From NCBI GenBank assembly GCA_964106915.2, contig OZ066914.1: DNA of 64,000 nucleotides, one strand, 5' to 3'. The position numbers were made by a program, and so were the translations under genes. Numbering within the stretch: the stretch's first letter is position 1; the number at the start of each line of letters is the position of its first letter. A model generated the notes under the pieces. That model searched no databases. It saw only the letters and a list, made by a program, of their open reading frames with translations, and was not told where the DNA came from. Source of the DNA: Podarcis gaigeae (Eukaryota). Below, piece by piece: positions 1 through 13,300 of this stretch.

Positions 1-3000
1 TTAATTTGCTTTTTGCTGTTGCATACAAAGCTTTTCCTTCTCTCTTCACACAACCTACAATTAAACTAGGAAGCCTCTAATTAACCATGGCTTTCCATTT
101 CACCCAAACTGGTATCATATGGTTACTAATTTTGGAACAAGCTAATATTAAACCAACTTCAAACCATAGTTTAATATCTTGACTCGTTCTGAAGCTGGTA
201 ACTATAGTTTTCCTGACTGGGATGAAACAGAAAACGATGGTTAATTGAAAACCTCCTGGACTGATTTCTCATGCTGAAAAGGGGATGCATGAATGATTGT
301 CCAAACATGGCTACCGCATATATATTTAACTGCAAACTAGTCCATTGACAAATATTTCTGATATCTGTTTAGTGCTTACATAAAAGTGTGGCCTGTCATC
401 GTGACATGGAAATATCATGTGTGACTTTTAGCAATTCTAAGATAAGAAGTAGAGGGTGTACCATTTCCTTAATCCTGTTTCCTCATTCCCAAATTTGGAA
501 GCAACTGTTTCTCCATAATAATTTAGAAGTAAGCAAATAATTTTCCCTGAACCTATTACATCAACCTAGAGCACACATGCAGAAATGCAGTTCTTCTATA
601 CTAGGTGCCAAAGACTTTCTGTACAGCGGACAACAGGCCGCATCCAGCTCATGTATCAAATATTATCTATCCAAAGACTCTGCATTATAAGGAAACATTT
701 CTGTCGCTTTCATATGTCTCTTGGCAGAACAGTGTGTATGCCTGTGTTTGAATCGCAGTCCTTTACTAAGATAATACTTAAGCGTAGCTTAACTTACAAA
801 AAGCAAGATTTTTTTTCAAAATAAGCATTGACCGATAGTGAGGCTGACTAACTAACAAACCTTATTGAAGAAGGAAAGGTACTATTCAGTGAGAGTGAGA
901 GCATGACTCTCTGGCCCAGCATTAATAAAAAATGTCAGCTGGAAGTAGGTTTTAAAAAATTGCTCCTTCTGTATTTTTACAGTTGAGCTATAAATTCCTC
1001 ATAAACAGAGATGATAATGAAAGTGCTGACACAACCTTTGCTATGACATGGGGAACATTCACTACAGTATGTTACCTGTTCTTTGCAGAGGAAAAATTTG
1101 TATAGTCCCCCCCACCATGAAATGTCAGTGCTTACATAGTCTACTATATCTAAACATTTTGTTTTGTTTTGTTTAAATACAGGGCAGTCGGGATAAATCG
1201 ACAGATTTCGCTAGTTATCTTGCAAAACGGAATAGATAAAACTCACAGTATTACTTCAGAGAAGGAAGACAAATCCCATCAATTATTCTGAAATGTAAGT
1301 AGCTAGCCATAAGAAGATCACTAGAAAAAGTCTGTATTTTCCTCAGGTTTAACTAAATAATGTATGCATACTTTTGTTTTGGCATGATGAAGCAATTTTA
1401 GCCTTTAAAACACACAACTACTCAGGAGGGGAAAGGTCTGGTTCCTGCAACTTAAATAATTCAAACATCCAGGTGGAAATGCTTTTAGCAATTTCCTTTT
1501 TGGAGACAAAGGAAGAAGAGTTCAAAATTCTGAGACACTGAGGAGGAGGAGAAGGCAACGACAACGACAACAACAACAAGTAATAAAAGAGCGAAGTGTG
1601 GATGCTTCCCAGTAGAAGACAAAATTCGCAAGTATTAAAGGTGACCACACAGACGGTCAATAGAAAACTGTAGCAATAAAAAAAAATGCTTTGAGAAAAA
1701 TGATTGGCCTGGTATTATAACAAACTTGTTTTCATAAAAACACAGTAAAAATAGCACTCTACTCTTTCGCCCGGGTCCTAGCTGGTTTGTATATGCTATG
1801 GGGTTAGGCAGATGTTAGGGGTCACTGAAGAAGCTGTGTGAAAATGTGAGCTGCCAGCAGTCGCCTTCTGAGTTTACAGAAACATATATGTCCTATAAGG
1901 CATAACTTAGCGCTTGAAAACAAATGAGAAGTGAAAGGAGCTACCCAAGTTTGGAAGGTTGTTTTAGAATACAGGACATCAGCTGTAGTCAAGACAAAAG
2001 TCTTTCAGCAGCACGGGGGAATTTTGCAGGCTTAGAATGTAGGTAAAAATGGTCCTCTGAGTCAGTGTCCTATTGGCCTTATGTCAGGTTTCGATACATG
2101 CCGTAGGGAGAATTTGCCTTCTCACTTGCAGATCTGTAATGACATGCTTGTAAAAGAGCGTGGGACTGCAGCTGAAGCCCCTGCAGTGGCCTTAGAGCAA
2201 AGCTTACAGCCCTGAAATTCTTTTTTTGTGTGAAAATAAAACACATACAAATAAATTCCCTGAGAACTTTGGAAAGTGTAAGGAGGAGGAAGGGGATGAG
2301 AGAAGAAAAACAGAGGGAAGCAAAAGGACAGGCTAGCACAGTGGAGGCAACAAAATGTAAACCGAATTGCCTATTGAGAAGAAACAACCCAAGATATCTG
2401 TAACCTGAACATCAAATTCAAAAAGGAATAGTCTCCCCTGTTCCCAATAACCAACTTCCAAAATTTGGATATTTAGCTGAGGAGGAATAGGGAAGAGAGG
2501 ATTGAGAATAAGAACTAGGCTGTGTCTTTCCTGCACTCACACAGTGTGCAAAAGTTGAAATGTATCTGAAAAGTTTTTAGTCTGATTCCTGGGAGGCCTT
2601 GGAGAAAACAGTAACTATTCGCCTCCTTCCTTCCTTCTCCTCACCCTTGCTTGACCTTCTGCCAGCATCTCTTCACAGGTTCAGCCCGGGAGATAGAGGG
2701 GGAATCCTACAGCCACTCCTGTCTGTGGGGGGAATCCCTCTCAGTAACAACACTGAGAAATAGGCCTTGGAAATCCTCTCTGATTCCCCCTTTCCTCAGC
2801 CCACATATGCTACTTTAATGAAGTGGCTTTTCTGCTGGCAGTTGCAAGATGACTGACTGCCTACCTGGCCGTCAGCACACTTGTTAATCCATCCTTTAGA
2901 GGTGGGTGATGTTCCATTTGCCTAAAAAGAGGAAGACCGTGTACTCTGGCCTTTGTAGGATGCCATATGGTGCTTGTTGGAACCAAATCTCAGTGCCTGG

Positions 3001-3003
3001 AGC

Positions 3004-3402
3004 TAGCGGCATAGCTAGCCACTCGGGTGCCCGGTGCGGCGTGCGCGTCCTGCAGCTGGGGCGGAGCGGGTCACCCATGGGGGCGAGGCAAGCCAAGGCA
3101 GGGTGCGCTGCGTGGAGCCTCTCTGCAGTCTCCCCTTCAGCTGTAGGGTGGCTGAAGCGGTGGGCAGACACAAACCCCACATGGTGCAGGCATGCTGCAG
3201 GCCCCGGGGTAAGTGCTGGCCCCCGTGGTGTGGCATCCAGGGCCAGCTGCATTTTGTTGCCCTTGTTGACTGAACTAAAAGTTTCATGAGCCCCCCCCCC
3301 TTTTTTAAAAAATAAACTCATATTTCTGTCATTTTGTCACCCCCCTATGTGATGACACCTGGGTTGGCTCTCACCCACCGCACCCCCATTCCTATGCCAC
3401 TG
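3004..3402. mobile_element. Non-autonomous hAT-type DNA transposon (MITE), GC-rich
   Basis: Imperfect TIRs TAGCGGCATAG...CTATGCCACTG. Flanked by an 8-bp target-site duplication CCTGGAGC (2996-3003) / CCTGGAGA (3403-3410), 7/8 identical. The GC-rich interior explains the overlapping spurious ORFs at 2896-3321. Confidence 0.75.
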
Positions 3403-3475
3403 CCTGGAGACAGGTCAATTGACTTACTGATATTGTGCCACTGGTATCATTCAATAATAACAGATTGACTCTTAT

Positions 3476-3625
3476 GCCTGCATACATTCCATACATTAAA
3501 TGCACATTGGAAGCACATGACTTCCCCTCACAGAGCTGCAATTCCCAGTGCCCCTCACAAACTACAGTTCCCCAGGTTCTTTGGGGTAGACGTCACGTGC
3601 TTTAATAGTATGGCATATACACAGT
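3476..3625. mobile_element. Degenerate palindromic squamate MITE (AAAGCACATG...GGGAACTGTAGTTTG family)
   Basis: Quasi-palindromic element with aagcacatgacttcccc / ggggtagacgtcacgtgcttt arms and an aaactacagttcccca core. A related fragment lies at ~12022-12090. Family recognised from memory of lizard repeats, not verified. Confidence 0.55.
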
Positions 3626-3794
3626 TGTGAGATATTTTGTCCCTGAGACATACCCAGTTTGCACATCTATTCCTCATTGTTCACATGCATTAAAGGATTT
3701 TGCTTCTGCTGTTCTCTATCAGCACAGTGGATGCAGATGACCAGTTGCCATTACATGTTGCACATTCTGTCCAGTTGATTTACTGCTACTAATA

Positions 3795-3930
3795 ACGATA
3801 ACACCAATTTTATTATTTGTACTCTGCCCATCTGACTGGGCTGCTCCAGCCACTCTGGGCAGCTTCCAATGGATATAAAAACTTAATTTTAAAAAAATCA
3901 AACATTAAAAACTTCCCTATACAGGGAAAA
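3795..3930 (-). mobile_element. L2 LINE 3' terminal fragment
   Basis: Reverse complement matches the 3' end of the L2 copy at 59400-59500 (ccctgtwtagggaagtttttaatgttt...tggaagcygcccagagtggctg...aaataataaa). Confidence 0.7.
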
Positions 3931-4289
3931 ACCTCCCTAAAAACTTTCCTGTGCTAGTTTTGAGTGTCCATCTTAGTGCCCTGTGTTGTCCCTGACTGTC
4001 CTTTTTCGAGAAGAGAGGCAGTTGCCTCATCAGCGTTCCCTGTGAGCTAAGGTTCAGGCTATATCCAAAGCCCTGAAGGCTTTTCTAATATGTACAGCCC
4101 CCTGCAGTCATAGAAATCAGCTTGCTGAAAGGTTTTATTTCTTCTCCATATAAAAAGGACAGTTTAATGCTTTATCCAGAAATAAGAAATGCAGAAGTAA
4201 AAGTGAGCTATGGTTTCAGACTTTAAACGTGTGTGTGTGTGTGTGTATCTCCACCAGAAGGTGTCCCTGGGTCTAAACATTGAATATAT

Positions 4290-4655
4290 AAACATAAGAA
4301 GAGCTCTGCTGGAACAGAATAAAGACCACCGAGTCCAGCATTCTGTTCCCACAGTGGGTCACCAAACACTTTCTGGAAGCACTCTGGAAGCAGGGCATGC
4401 ACACAACAGCAGCCTCTTGTACACAATCCCCAAGAATTCAGAATCATATTGCCCAGGGCTTTTTAAAAGCCGGAACTCTCTAGAATTCAGTTCCAGCACC
4501 TCTCAGGTGGGTGCCATTGCCATTCTAAGAGAACGAGGGAGTTTCCGACACCTTTTTTTTCTAGAAAAATAGCACTGATACTGCTGCCTCTGAACTACAT
4601 CGCTATGTTGACTACCAGCCATTGAAAGCATGATCCATCATGAACTTGTCTACAA
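4290..4655 (-). mobile_element. CR1 LINE 3' UTR fragment, interrupted by a MITE
   Basis: ataagaagagctctgctgga...gtccagcattctgttcccacagtgg and atactgctgcctctgaac...ccagccattga...tccatcatgaacttgtct resemble the reverse complement of the CR1 3' tail seen at 26640-26850. Confidence 0.6.
4454..4577. mobile_element. hAT-type MITE nested in a CR1 fragment
   Basis: TIRs CAGGGCTTTTT...AAATAGCACTG; degenerate 8-bp TSD ATATTGCC / ATACTGCT (6/8). Confidence 0.65.
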
Positions 4656-5755
4656 ATTGCCTCTAACCCACATGCTTTAGAAAAAAATCACAAAACAGTA
4701 TAGTAAACCCATACCTGACAATGACAGTGTTTTCCCCAACCTTCATTTCAAACTATATATAGTAATATCTTTGAGGTCTGCCTACATTATATATCGGTTT
4801 GGGGCTTCTCAAGTGCATCGAGAACCCACACAGAATCAGAGTCTAGTCCCTTTCAAAGGGGATCACACACTGTCACAGGAGAAACCAGGGGGTCCTCTCT
4901 GTATGATCTGGGGATAATTTGTCACAGGGGACTCTGGACAGGGTATCCAGAGAAAGGTGGGGACATCGCAACACTAGCTCCTGGCTAACGCTGTGTTTTT
5001 CTTAACAGTGCTCTGGAAAAACATGAAATGCTCCATTTCCAGACCAGGTCACTTCCTCCTTCCATGATCAAACAATGAACAGATCTTTCTGGCCTTACAA
5101 AGGAGCAGTTGAAGGTTCAGTAAGTTATTTGTTAATGAAGACGGGAATGACAGGAAGACAGAAAAGTCAGCCGATATCAAACTCTTTTACCCAGAACTTG
5201 ATTTGTCTAACTCCCAGGACCATATTTCCTCTTCATCCTACCACTGCACTTATTTTGTGCGCTGTTTTTAAAATGCATATAGCACCTGGTGGGGTGGGTC
5301 TGAGAAATATCAGATTGCAGCCACTGAGGATGGGGATTGTAAGCCTTCCCACCCATCCTGCAATCGTGAGGACGATCCCTCCTCTGAGGTTGCTATTTGC
5401 ATCAGGAGAAAAGCCCCCACTGGTGCCAATGTGGGTTTTCCTCCCAGTTGCAAGTACCTTCAATGGTAAGGGCAAGAAAGAGTTAAAATGCCTTCTCTAG
5501 CCCCTACTGAAATTCCCCAATAATGTTCAGCCCCTGCCCCATTCAGCTGCTATATGCATTTTTTTTTAAAAAAAACCCCATGAATATTAAATAGTTTGTG
5601 GATCCCAGCTCAGATCAGGTCCCTCAGGGGTTCTGTTTAGATGATGATTTACTGCATTTGGGTGATTTTATTCCCCACCCAGGATTCTCCTATTCAGTTT
5701 TATCCTGTGTTCTCCTCTGAATCACACAGCTGCACACCTGACAGAAAACTTTCTC

Positions 5756-5811
<56 letters not shown>

Positions 5812-5820
5812 GAGAGAGAG
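5756..5820. repeat. Compound microsatellite (TA)n(CA)n(TA)n(GA)n
   Basis: Directly visible. Confidence 0.95.
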
Positions 5821-5941
5821 TCTGGAGTGTATTAATAGGAAGCGTTGATTAAAAAAGAATTAGCTCCATAATCCTACTAGTTATACTTCTAACAATATTA
5901 TTTTAAGACAATTAATTCATATTTTTAAATAATGAAATTAC

Positions 5942-6335
5942 CAGCATAAGACGCTAAACTTCTTTAGTATANNNNNNNNNNNNNNNNNNNNNNNNNNNNN
6001 NNNNNNNNNNNNNNNNNNNNNNNNNNNNNNNNNNNNNNNNNNNNNNNNNNNNNNNNNNNNNNNNNNNNNNNNNNNNNNNNNNNNNNNNNNNNNNNNNNNN
6101 NNNCATCTGCATCAAGAACATGCTACTTTCTTTGATGTACTGTCTTATTGGAAACCTAATTTGCTTTCAACCTCGGAGACAACACATAGCATAAGTTTGT
6201 GTGACTAATTTTCTTGGAAATGTGAGTAATTAGAAATAAGGGACCATCTCCCTAAGCCAGGGAATGGACAGTGTTTCAAATTCAGAATAAATGTTTGCAC
6301 TGCGAGTTATTTCCTCTCCTCCTTTGAGCTGTCTG
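5942..6335 (-). other. Candidate spliced exon (5' UTR or first coding exon) of an unidentified minus-strand gene; interior partly in a gap
   Basis: On the minus strand a long polypyrimidine tract (tgcttctctctctttctctagttctcttttgtag) ends in a NAGNAG acceptor at 6337-6333. ATG codons (ATG TTC TTG ATG CAG ATG) run into the gap 5972-6103. The donor CTG|GTAATT at 5942/5941 is tentative; the true donor may lie in the gap. Confidence 0.45.
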
Positions 6336-6460
6336 CTACAAAAGAGAACTAGAGAAAGAGAGAGAAGCACGCAAGGCTCTGTGCAGGCAAGAAGAAGAAA
6401 GAACATTGGCCCCCGTGTAAACGGCAAACTACTACAGCGAAGTACAGAAAGGTTTATTAC

Positions 6461-6550
6461 CTGAGGTGAGCACTCCCGGGGCTCCCGAAGTATAAAAGCA
6501 TTAGGCGTATGTTCTGAGCAAGTAATAAAAATCAATAAACAGGAACCCCC
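6461..6550 (-). other. Candidate small upstream exon ending at a donor site
   Basis: Minus-strand CTCAG|GTAATA at 6461/6460 gives a 125-nt intron to the acceptor at 6336. CpG-retaining context. The 5' boundary is unknown. Confidence 0.35.
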
Positions 6551-7799
6551 CACCTGTGCTATGGCCCCAGTGTTAGGTTTTATACATGTAGTAATAGTGC
6601 ATATCGGTTTTCACCCACCCTTCTCGTTCTAGCTTATTCCAAGACCTACGGCCACCGGAGGGATTGCTGGAGCAACACCATTCATTCCCCGGAGTTGTCT
6701 AGATGCCAGCTCCATTGCATCATTGTCAGTTTTATTCTATCTACAACTGGACAAGGCGGCAGCCCCGGCTCCTATCCACCCACTCAGCACTGCAACAATT
6801 GGAAACTGTGTTCTGCTGCTTAAAGAGTTTACAAGCCCTCTGAAAGAAAACAGAACAGTTGCATATTAATGCGTGCGACAAGCCCCCTGAAAGATCACAT
6901 AATAGAGAGCCGGGGGGGGGGAAACCAGGCTGGGGGTGGGGTGGGGGGTTGCGGGAGTTGAAGGGGGGGAGTGCAATGAATATGTGATGCTGTCCAGCTG
7001 CTGCGGAGTGCATCTCAGCCCGTTATGTTTTAAAATAAATTCACAATAAACATCGATATTCCAAATGTATCGAGTTTCTGCAGCAACTGGGCTCTCTAAT
7101 TGCTATGAAGTATAGCTAGCACAGGTCACCGGTTGTTACACTGGTGTAGTGGTATTTGCTAAAATCAAAGTCTGCAGAGGCAGTATCTCTGCCAGGTTAC
7201 AAAAATAACTACTAAATCACACTTACATTATAATTAAAGAGAATGCCCCCAATAAGGCAGGAAGGAGTGTGAGCGTAAACCTTTGCCATATATCTTTTTG
7301 CTGTTCATTAATCTATGGAAATAAGGGTGGCAGGTTTATTTAAATACCACGGGAACCATGGAAATTAGTTACTTTTCATTTTTTTATTTTTTAAAAAATC
7401 AGGAAACGATGTGTGATGTTTCATCTTACGGCCTTCTGTATGTGTGTTGATTTTTTTTTTAAAGAAGAGTAAGGCTTCTAATTATGATCCAAAGATGACC
7501 ATTGCTCATTTTGGCCAGTAATAAGAAACATTTGAGTGTGGGAGCTTTGATAGTGAAATAAGCATGATCTGAGTGTAGTTTCCTTTCATGAAAGGGAAGG
7601 GGAAAGAGAGAAAGAGAGAGAGAGAGAGAGGCTCCAGAATGGCTATAGCTTTAATAGAGCAGAGAAAAGGAAGGCCCTTGACTGTGACCCCATTCCCCCC
7701 TCTCCAGCAAAAAAGAGAGAGAAAAAGAGAGCTTTATCTATCAGAGGTGGCCTCTGATAGGGCTCACACCACGGAAGTATCAATTGTGAGTACTTAAAG

Positions 7800-8420
7800 C
7801 CCCATCACTCCGGAGCATAAAAATAGAATAAAGTTGTGCAGCAAATGGGAAATTATGATATAACTCAAGTGCAGCAACAGGCAGCATGAATAACCTGAAC
7901 ATTCTCCAGACTTTAGTCCTCCTCCCCCCTCCTCGCCACACAGACACCCTGCTGTCACCACCGCCTCGCTCAGCCACTACAGGCAAGGACAAATGCAAAG
8001 TGCATTTGCAGCGAGTTACTTCCACCGAGGTGTTACTATCCACAAACTTTTTCAGTGACATCTTCCGAGACAAACGTTGCGCGAAAGCTGGAGACATTTT
8101 AAGCAGCGGAAACCGAGCGAGGCAGCTGAAGTTGCGAACAGCTGGCATTCAATAGATAATTTAAGGAAAAGTGACCCTTCTGTATGATTTTTAACTAAGG
8201 AACTGTCAGGCCCCATTACTTTCAATAGGGATGGCCACCGTGGAAATAACTTTATACAGGGGTATTCCATTAGTGTAGTTTTCTAAAGTGTGGCTTTTTG
8301 AAAGCTGGCGAAGTTAGCGTAGCTTTTTCTGAGGGGCCGCATTCGGAAATCGCACTAGGGAAACAGGTGCTGATTTGAAATCAGTCAAGGTGCATTATTG
8401 GGGAATACAAATCCAAAGCT
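7800..8420 (-). promoter_or_regulatory. CpG-enriched block, candidate alternative promoter / first exon
   Basis: Local cluster of CpGs in unique sequence, no TE hallmarks, about 1.5 kb upstream (minus sense) of the candidate exon at 6335. Overlapping ORFs have no recognisable protein motifs. Confidence 0.4.
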
Positions 8421-8754
8421 GGAGATAAATGATGAATGCATAACCAACACTGCCCTTTCTCAGAATTTAAAATATAGTGGCATATTTATTATTATTTTTT
8501 AAAGATATTCCTGGTAAATATCCTGGCCTGCAACACCTGAGAGAGATATTTTTTAGGACTCACCCCGTTCCCTTGACTTTAATTTTTTAAAAACTGTTTT
8601 GATATTGTATTTTAAAATTATTGTAAGCCACCCTTGGTGGGAAATAAATCTAAATTTAAAAAATGATAACAGCTATGTTATTCTGTGTTAAAATGCAAAG
8701 CCTTCTTGTTAAGATATGTAACCAAAGGGAAAGGGGGGAAAGGATGAGAATAAA

Positions 8755-8758
<4 letters not shown>

Positions 8759-8808
<50 letters not shown>
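8759..8808. repeat. (GA)n microsatellite
   Basis: Directly visible. Confidence 0.97.
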
Positions 8809-8812
<4 letters not shown>

Positions 8813-9536
8813 CAAGTACAGCAACGTTATGCTACACATAGTTCAGGTTCCAATCCGGTGTTCTAACCCTAAAGCCTAGTGTTGCTAGATGTCATGTTAT
8901 CATCATAAGGCTGACAACATGACCACTGTTTCATGACTTGGCAACTTCCGTTACTTTTCTTACATTGCTGCCCTTTTCTTACATTGATGCAGACACCTTG
9001 CACAGGCTTAAAGTAAATACTTTTAGAAATTATTTAGCAGCTTTGGAGTAGAACCCAGACATACTTAAGCCACATGCTGATAGAGCTACATTTGATTTAT
9101 GTCAGATAAGTTACTGAGATGGGCTTTACATTGTCCCTCAAAGGGAACCCTTTGGGCGTGCTGTTTCATCTGTGTGGGGCTGGACAGGGGACATGATGTG
9201 AGATCTGGACTACTTGACCTTTTCCTTCTAATAAGTCCTGACCAGGCTGAAATGGAATCCTGAATAAGAATAGCAAGACAGCCTAATACCTGCTCAAACA
9301 AGAGATTCCTGCAGTGCGACTTGACATGTTAGCGCTAAAACAAATGTGTAAGTAGCACCCACAAAAAAGGGTGTCGTGTGTTGGGGTTCATACTTCAATA
9401 GATCCTGTTTCATGAATTAAATTTTGCTAATTCCTCCTCCATTGTTGGGACTAGGGAGGGAGCCGGCTCATGGGGTTAACAGAAATAAGCATATTTTTAC
9501 TTTATTTATTTTTCTTAACAAATTGTACACCTCAGC

Positions 9537-9543
<7 letters not shown>

Positions 9544-9590
<47 letters not shown>
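9544..9590. repeat. (GT)n(GA)n compound microsatellite
   Basis: Directly visible. Confidence 0.97.
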
Positions 9591-9593
<3 letters not shown>

Positions 9594-10159
9594 AAATACA
9601 AGATGCAACAATAATAAAACGACCATTACAGTCATACCAAACAAAATGGGCTAAACTGAAATGAATCAAAAAGACAGCCACAGAATAAAACAAAAAGGAA
9701 TAACTTGAAATGAAAGTGGAATAGCTTTAGCCCTGTTCAGAGGTCCAATCACCTCAAAACCCTTTTTAATCACACAGACAGTCCGCACAAGTAGAATCAG
9801 CTCTAGACTTTTGTCCTTAAACTCATGGAGGGTTCTCAGCTGGGTACAGATGATATATTGGAAAGGCCTTCTGCACCATGGATTCTGCACCATGGCCTCA
9901 TTTCTCCTCATATGTTTGCTTATACATAAGGAGACCAAATGCCCAATAGGGCTACTGTCTTTGCTACTGGCTAAAAGTAAGCAGAGATTGTGTCAGGAAT
10001 ATGTCTCTTGGAAAGCTTTGAAATTTTGGGTGTCACAGATGGCGGGTGGGATGGGGTGGGGGGGGACAGCACCCCTGTATTTGTACACAATATTTTTGGC
10101 GGTGGAGAAAAAAAATAGTTTTGCACATGCAGGACCTTGGGATATTTTTGTTTCATGCC

Positions 10160-10385
10160 ATTTAAAAGTAAAAACCATGATCTTGAAATGATCCCGGAAG
10201 CAAACTGGCAACCAATATACCTGTTGCAAGATCAATGTGATATGATATGAAAGACTTGCTTCAGTCAGAACCCTGGCAGCTATATTCTGAAATGAATAAA
10301 GCTTCTGGACTGTCTTCAAGGACAGCCCCAAATAAAGTACACGACAGCAGTCTAATCTGGAGTTACTGGAGCATTAGAGACTTTA
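10160..10385 (-). mobile_element. L2 LINE ORF2 C-terminal fragment (decayed)
   Basis: ORF 9993..10331(-) translates GLSLKTVQKL..QNIAARVLT..HITLILQQVYWLPVCFRDHFKIMVFTFK, matching the L2/CR1-clade ORF2 motif LQ.VQN.AAR.....HITP.L..LHWLPV..RI.FK. Confidence 0.85.
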
Positions 10386-13300
10386 AGCATAGAAGTAGCA
10401 AGGTCTTACCAAAACAAATGTATGCAGAAGACTTACCAAATTCAAGGGGCTTTACTTCCTAGCCAGGATGCTCAGAAACACACATTTACATGCACCAGAT
10501 CAAATTCCCTTCACATATAAGCTGCCACAGAGATACTACTGCAGTCTCTTTACAGACAATAATGTAGGACATTTTAGACAAGTCCTCTCCTAACTGTTAA
10601 CATGAGAGAAGTCAGGTTTAACCCTTGACTTCCAATCTGTTATGATGGCTAGGCCACATTTTGATGTATTTGCTGTATATACCTAAAAGCCTGAATCTGG
10701 CAACCATAATACTTTTCATGTGAAACAATCCTATTGAATCAACAGGTATACTGGCACTGATTTATATTATTCAATGTGACTGAAAATAGGTAACTCCTGC
10801 CCCAAGACAGGATATCATTTAAAGAAATAAAGATTTATACTAATAGTGACAACCCTGTAAATAAAAGTCAACTAATTTGACAACAAAGCTGAGACTTATA
10901 GGTATCATAGAATGGCCTTTACTAAACACTATATTACAAGCAATCATTAGCCCAGCTATAAAAAGCTTTAAATACTAATGCATTTTTTTAAATTTTCTCT
11001 TATATCCTAAACAAGTAATCAATGCACATTAATAAACATAATTGTTTTTTTGGCATTTGTCCATTCAGTTGGTTCACTTTGTCAGCTCCAGCAAACACAT
11101 CGGTAAAATTCAGTAACCACAACACACAAGGAGGGAACACCATCAATGCCTTCTGCAATATTGCATAATGTATTGAATTACTCAGCTGATCCCACTGTTG
11201 GCAGATGGAAACCTCTGAGGTTTGCCATATTGTTTTCTCATGCCATGCGTGTTTGGAGCAATGCTTGGGATGCCTCGTGGCTGATTCACACAACCAAAAT
11301 CAGCTGGCTTCAAAATTCTAAGCATACCAAGATCCCTGAATTTTCGAGTGCATTTTCCTGCATCTCCCAGATAGCCAATGGCTGTGTGAAGAGGCTTCTA
11401 ATCTGCAAATGTTATTCTAGTCTCAAGTACCCATGGGGAGGGGGAGATGAATGAAGTTGCCTTTGATAAGGTGAGTTGACAAGATAAGCCAGAGAGTTGC
11501 TTTTTAAAAGCAAATATGTACAGAGTCAATGAATACTGTCGTTATACCAAGTCCTACGAAGTAATCATCAGTGCCTGGTCACTTGTAAACACTTCCTTTA
11601 GTTTTTTGTGATCTTTTGCTAAAGGATTATAATTAGCAGGATTTTTTTGTGCTTCATCTTCTAGTCAGTACACCAGTTCCACCTTATCCTAGGCCGTGTT
11701 CACACTAGGTGGTAAATCCTGTATCAGCACTACACTACGTCACCACATACCAACCTAGCATCTTCTAAAGCACCCATCTCTCTGACACGCTAGTTGTCAA
11801 TGTAGTGGAATATTCTTTTAATGAATTAGTAATCCATCGTGTGAATCCCCACTGAAGTGATACACTGAAGACAGAGTAGGGGCGATGAGGCCTGAGTGGC
11901 TAAGTTCCAAGCAAGACCATGTAGTGGCCTTTATGTCACTGCCTTGCTGTTTGCTAAGGGTTTCGTGGCATTCACTCATAGGTAGGCTGTAGGATTTGCC
12001 TCAGGAATTGCAGTGCTGTGAGGTCACATCCACACCTTACATTTAAGGCCCATGGCTTCCACCAAAGAATGCTGGGAACTGTTGTTTGAAATCTGACCAT
12101 CTAAAAATATACTTTTGACTGAAGAGGAGATGGATCAGAGAAGACCCTTAAAGGAACAGCTTACTGGTGGTTCTCCTACTGCCAGCTTCTGTACTAGTGA
12201 CCCGATAAACCCCCAAAATGAAAGTAAGCTACTCAAGAGAAACTAGGCAGATCAGTAATTCCTCCTAACACTACTATTTGTTGAGTCTCAAGGTAACTGT
12301 AAAAAAATTACTTCTACCTGGTCAGTTGACTCTACAGAAGGAAACAAAAGGAAGAAAGGTCCAGTGACAGAAATGGAAACTCCCTATGCAAAACGCTTTG
12401 TCACATGAAGGAAATATATTGCAATTACTGAAATATGAGTAGCATAGGAAGGCCAAAATGGTATCTTCCTTTGATGTGCCAAAAAATATGTGAAAATGTG
12501 AATAAAAGGTAACTTATTCAGTGTCAGTCTTACATATTTATAGTTTAAAAATTAGTCAAAGTTTATGTCCTGAGGTTGCACCTACAGGAAGCCAGATGTG
12601 TGCCTTCTGCATGTGACCTAAGACAGGCCTGAAGCAAAAACTAGATAATTTCTCNNNNNNNNNNNNNNNNNNNNNNNNNNNNNNNNNNNNNNNNNNNNNN
12701 NNNNNNNNNNNNNNNNNNNNNNNNNNNNNNNNNNNNNNNNNNNNNNNNNNNNNNNNNNNNNNNNNNNNNNNNNNNNNNNNNNNNNNNNNNNNNNNNNNNN
12801 NNNNNNNNNNNNNNNNNNNNNNNNNNNNNNNNNNNNNNNNNNNNNNNNNNNNNNNNNNNNNNNNNNNNNNNNNNNNNNNNNNNNNNNNNNNNNNNNNNNN
12901 NNNNNNNNNNNNNNNNNNNNNNNNNNNNNNNNNNNNNNNNNNNNNNTAACTATCAGCATGCCAGCTTACTGAATTTAGCTGTAAGACAGTTATTCCCTCT
13001 ACTGTGCTCCCCCCATTTTTATTCCAAGAAAAAGAAACCCTAGCGTTCCAAACCTCCCAAGTTTTAAAATTAAAGGTAATAAAGGAGGGGAAGAGGTGGA
13101 GCAAAACTGGAAAGTTTCGTGAGATGGTGGTGCACAGAACCTTTCAAACTGCAGCAAAACTGCAGCAAAACAACAACAACAACAAAAACCCTCACAAAAA
13201 GTCCCTATGTTTTAGGTCTGTTGTGACACAAATGTGTCTGTAGTGTGTGTGTGTGTTTGTGTGTGTGTGTCCTCTCTCTGAATACACACTTGTTGGTATC

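Noticed and set aside
2896-3321. Four overlapping ORFs of 79-141 aa
   Set aside because: They lie within a GC-rich MITE with TIRs and a TSD. Low stop-codon frequency explains them, and there are no protein motifs.
7780-8148. 122-aa minus-strand ORF as a coding exon
   Set aside because: No recognisable domain and no convincing splice boundaries; more consistent with promoter or UTR sequence.
8954-8990. 19-bp tandem duplication (cttttcttacattg.tgc x2)
   Set aside because: Ordinary slippage duplication with no further structure.
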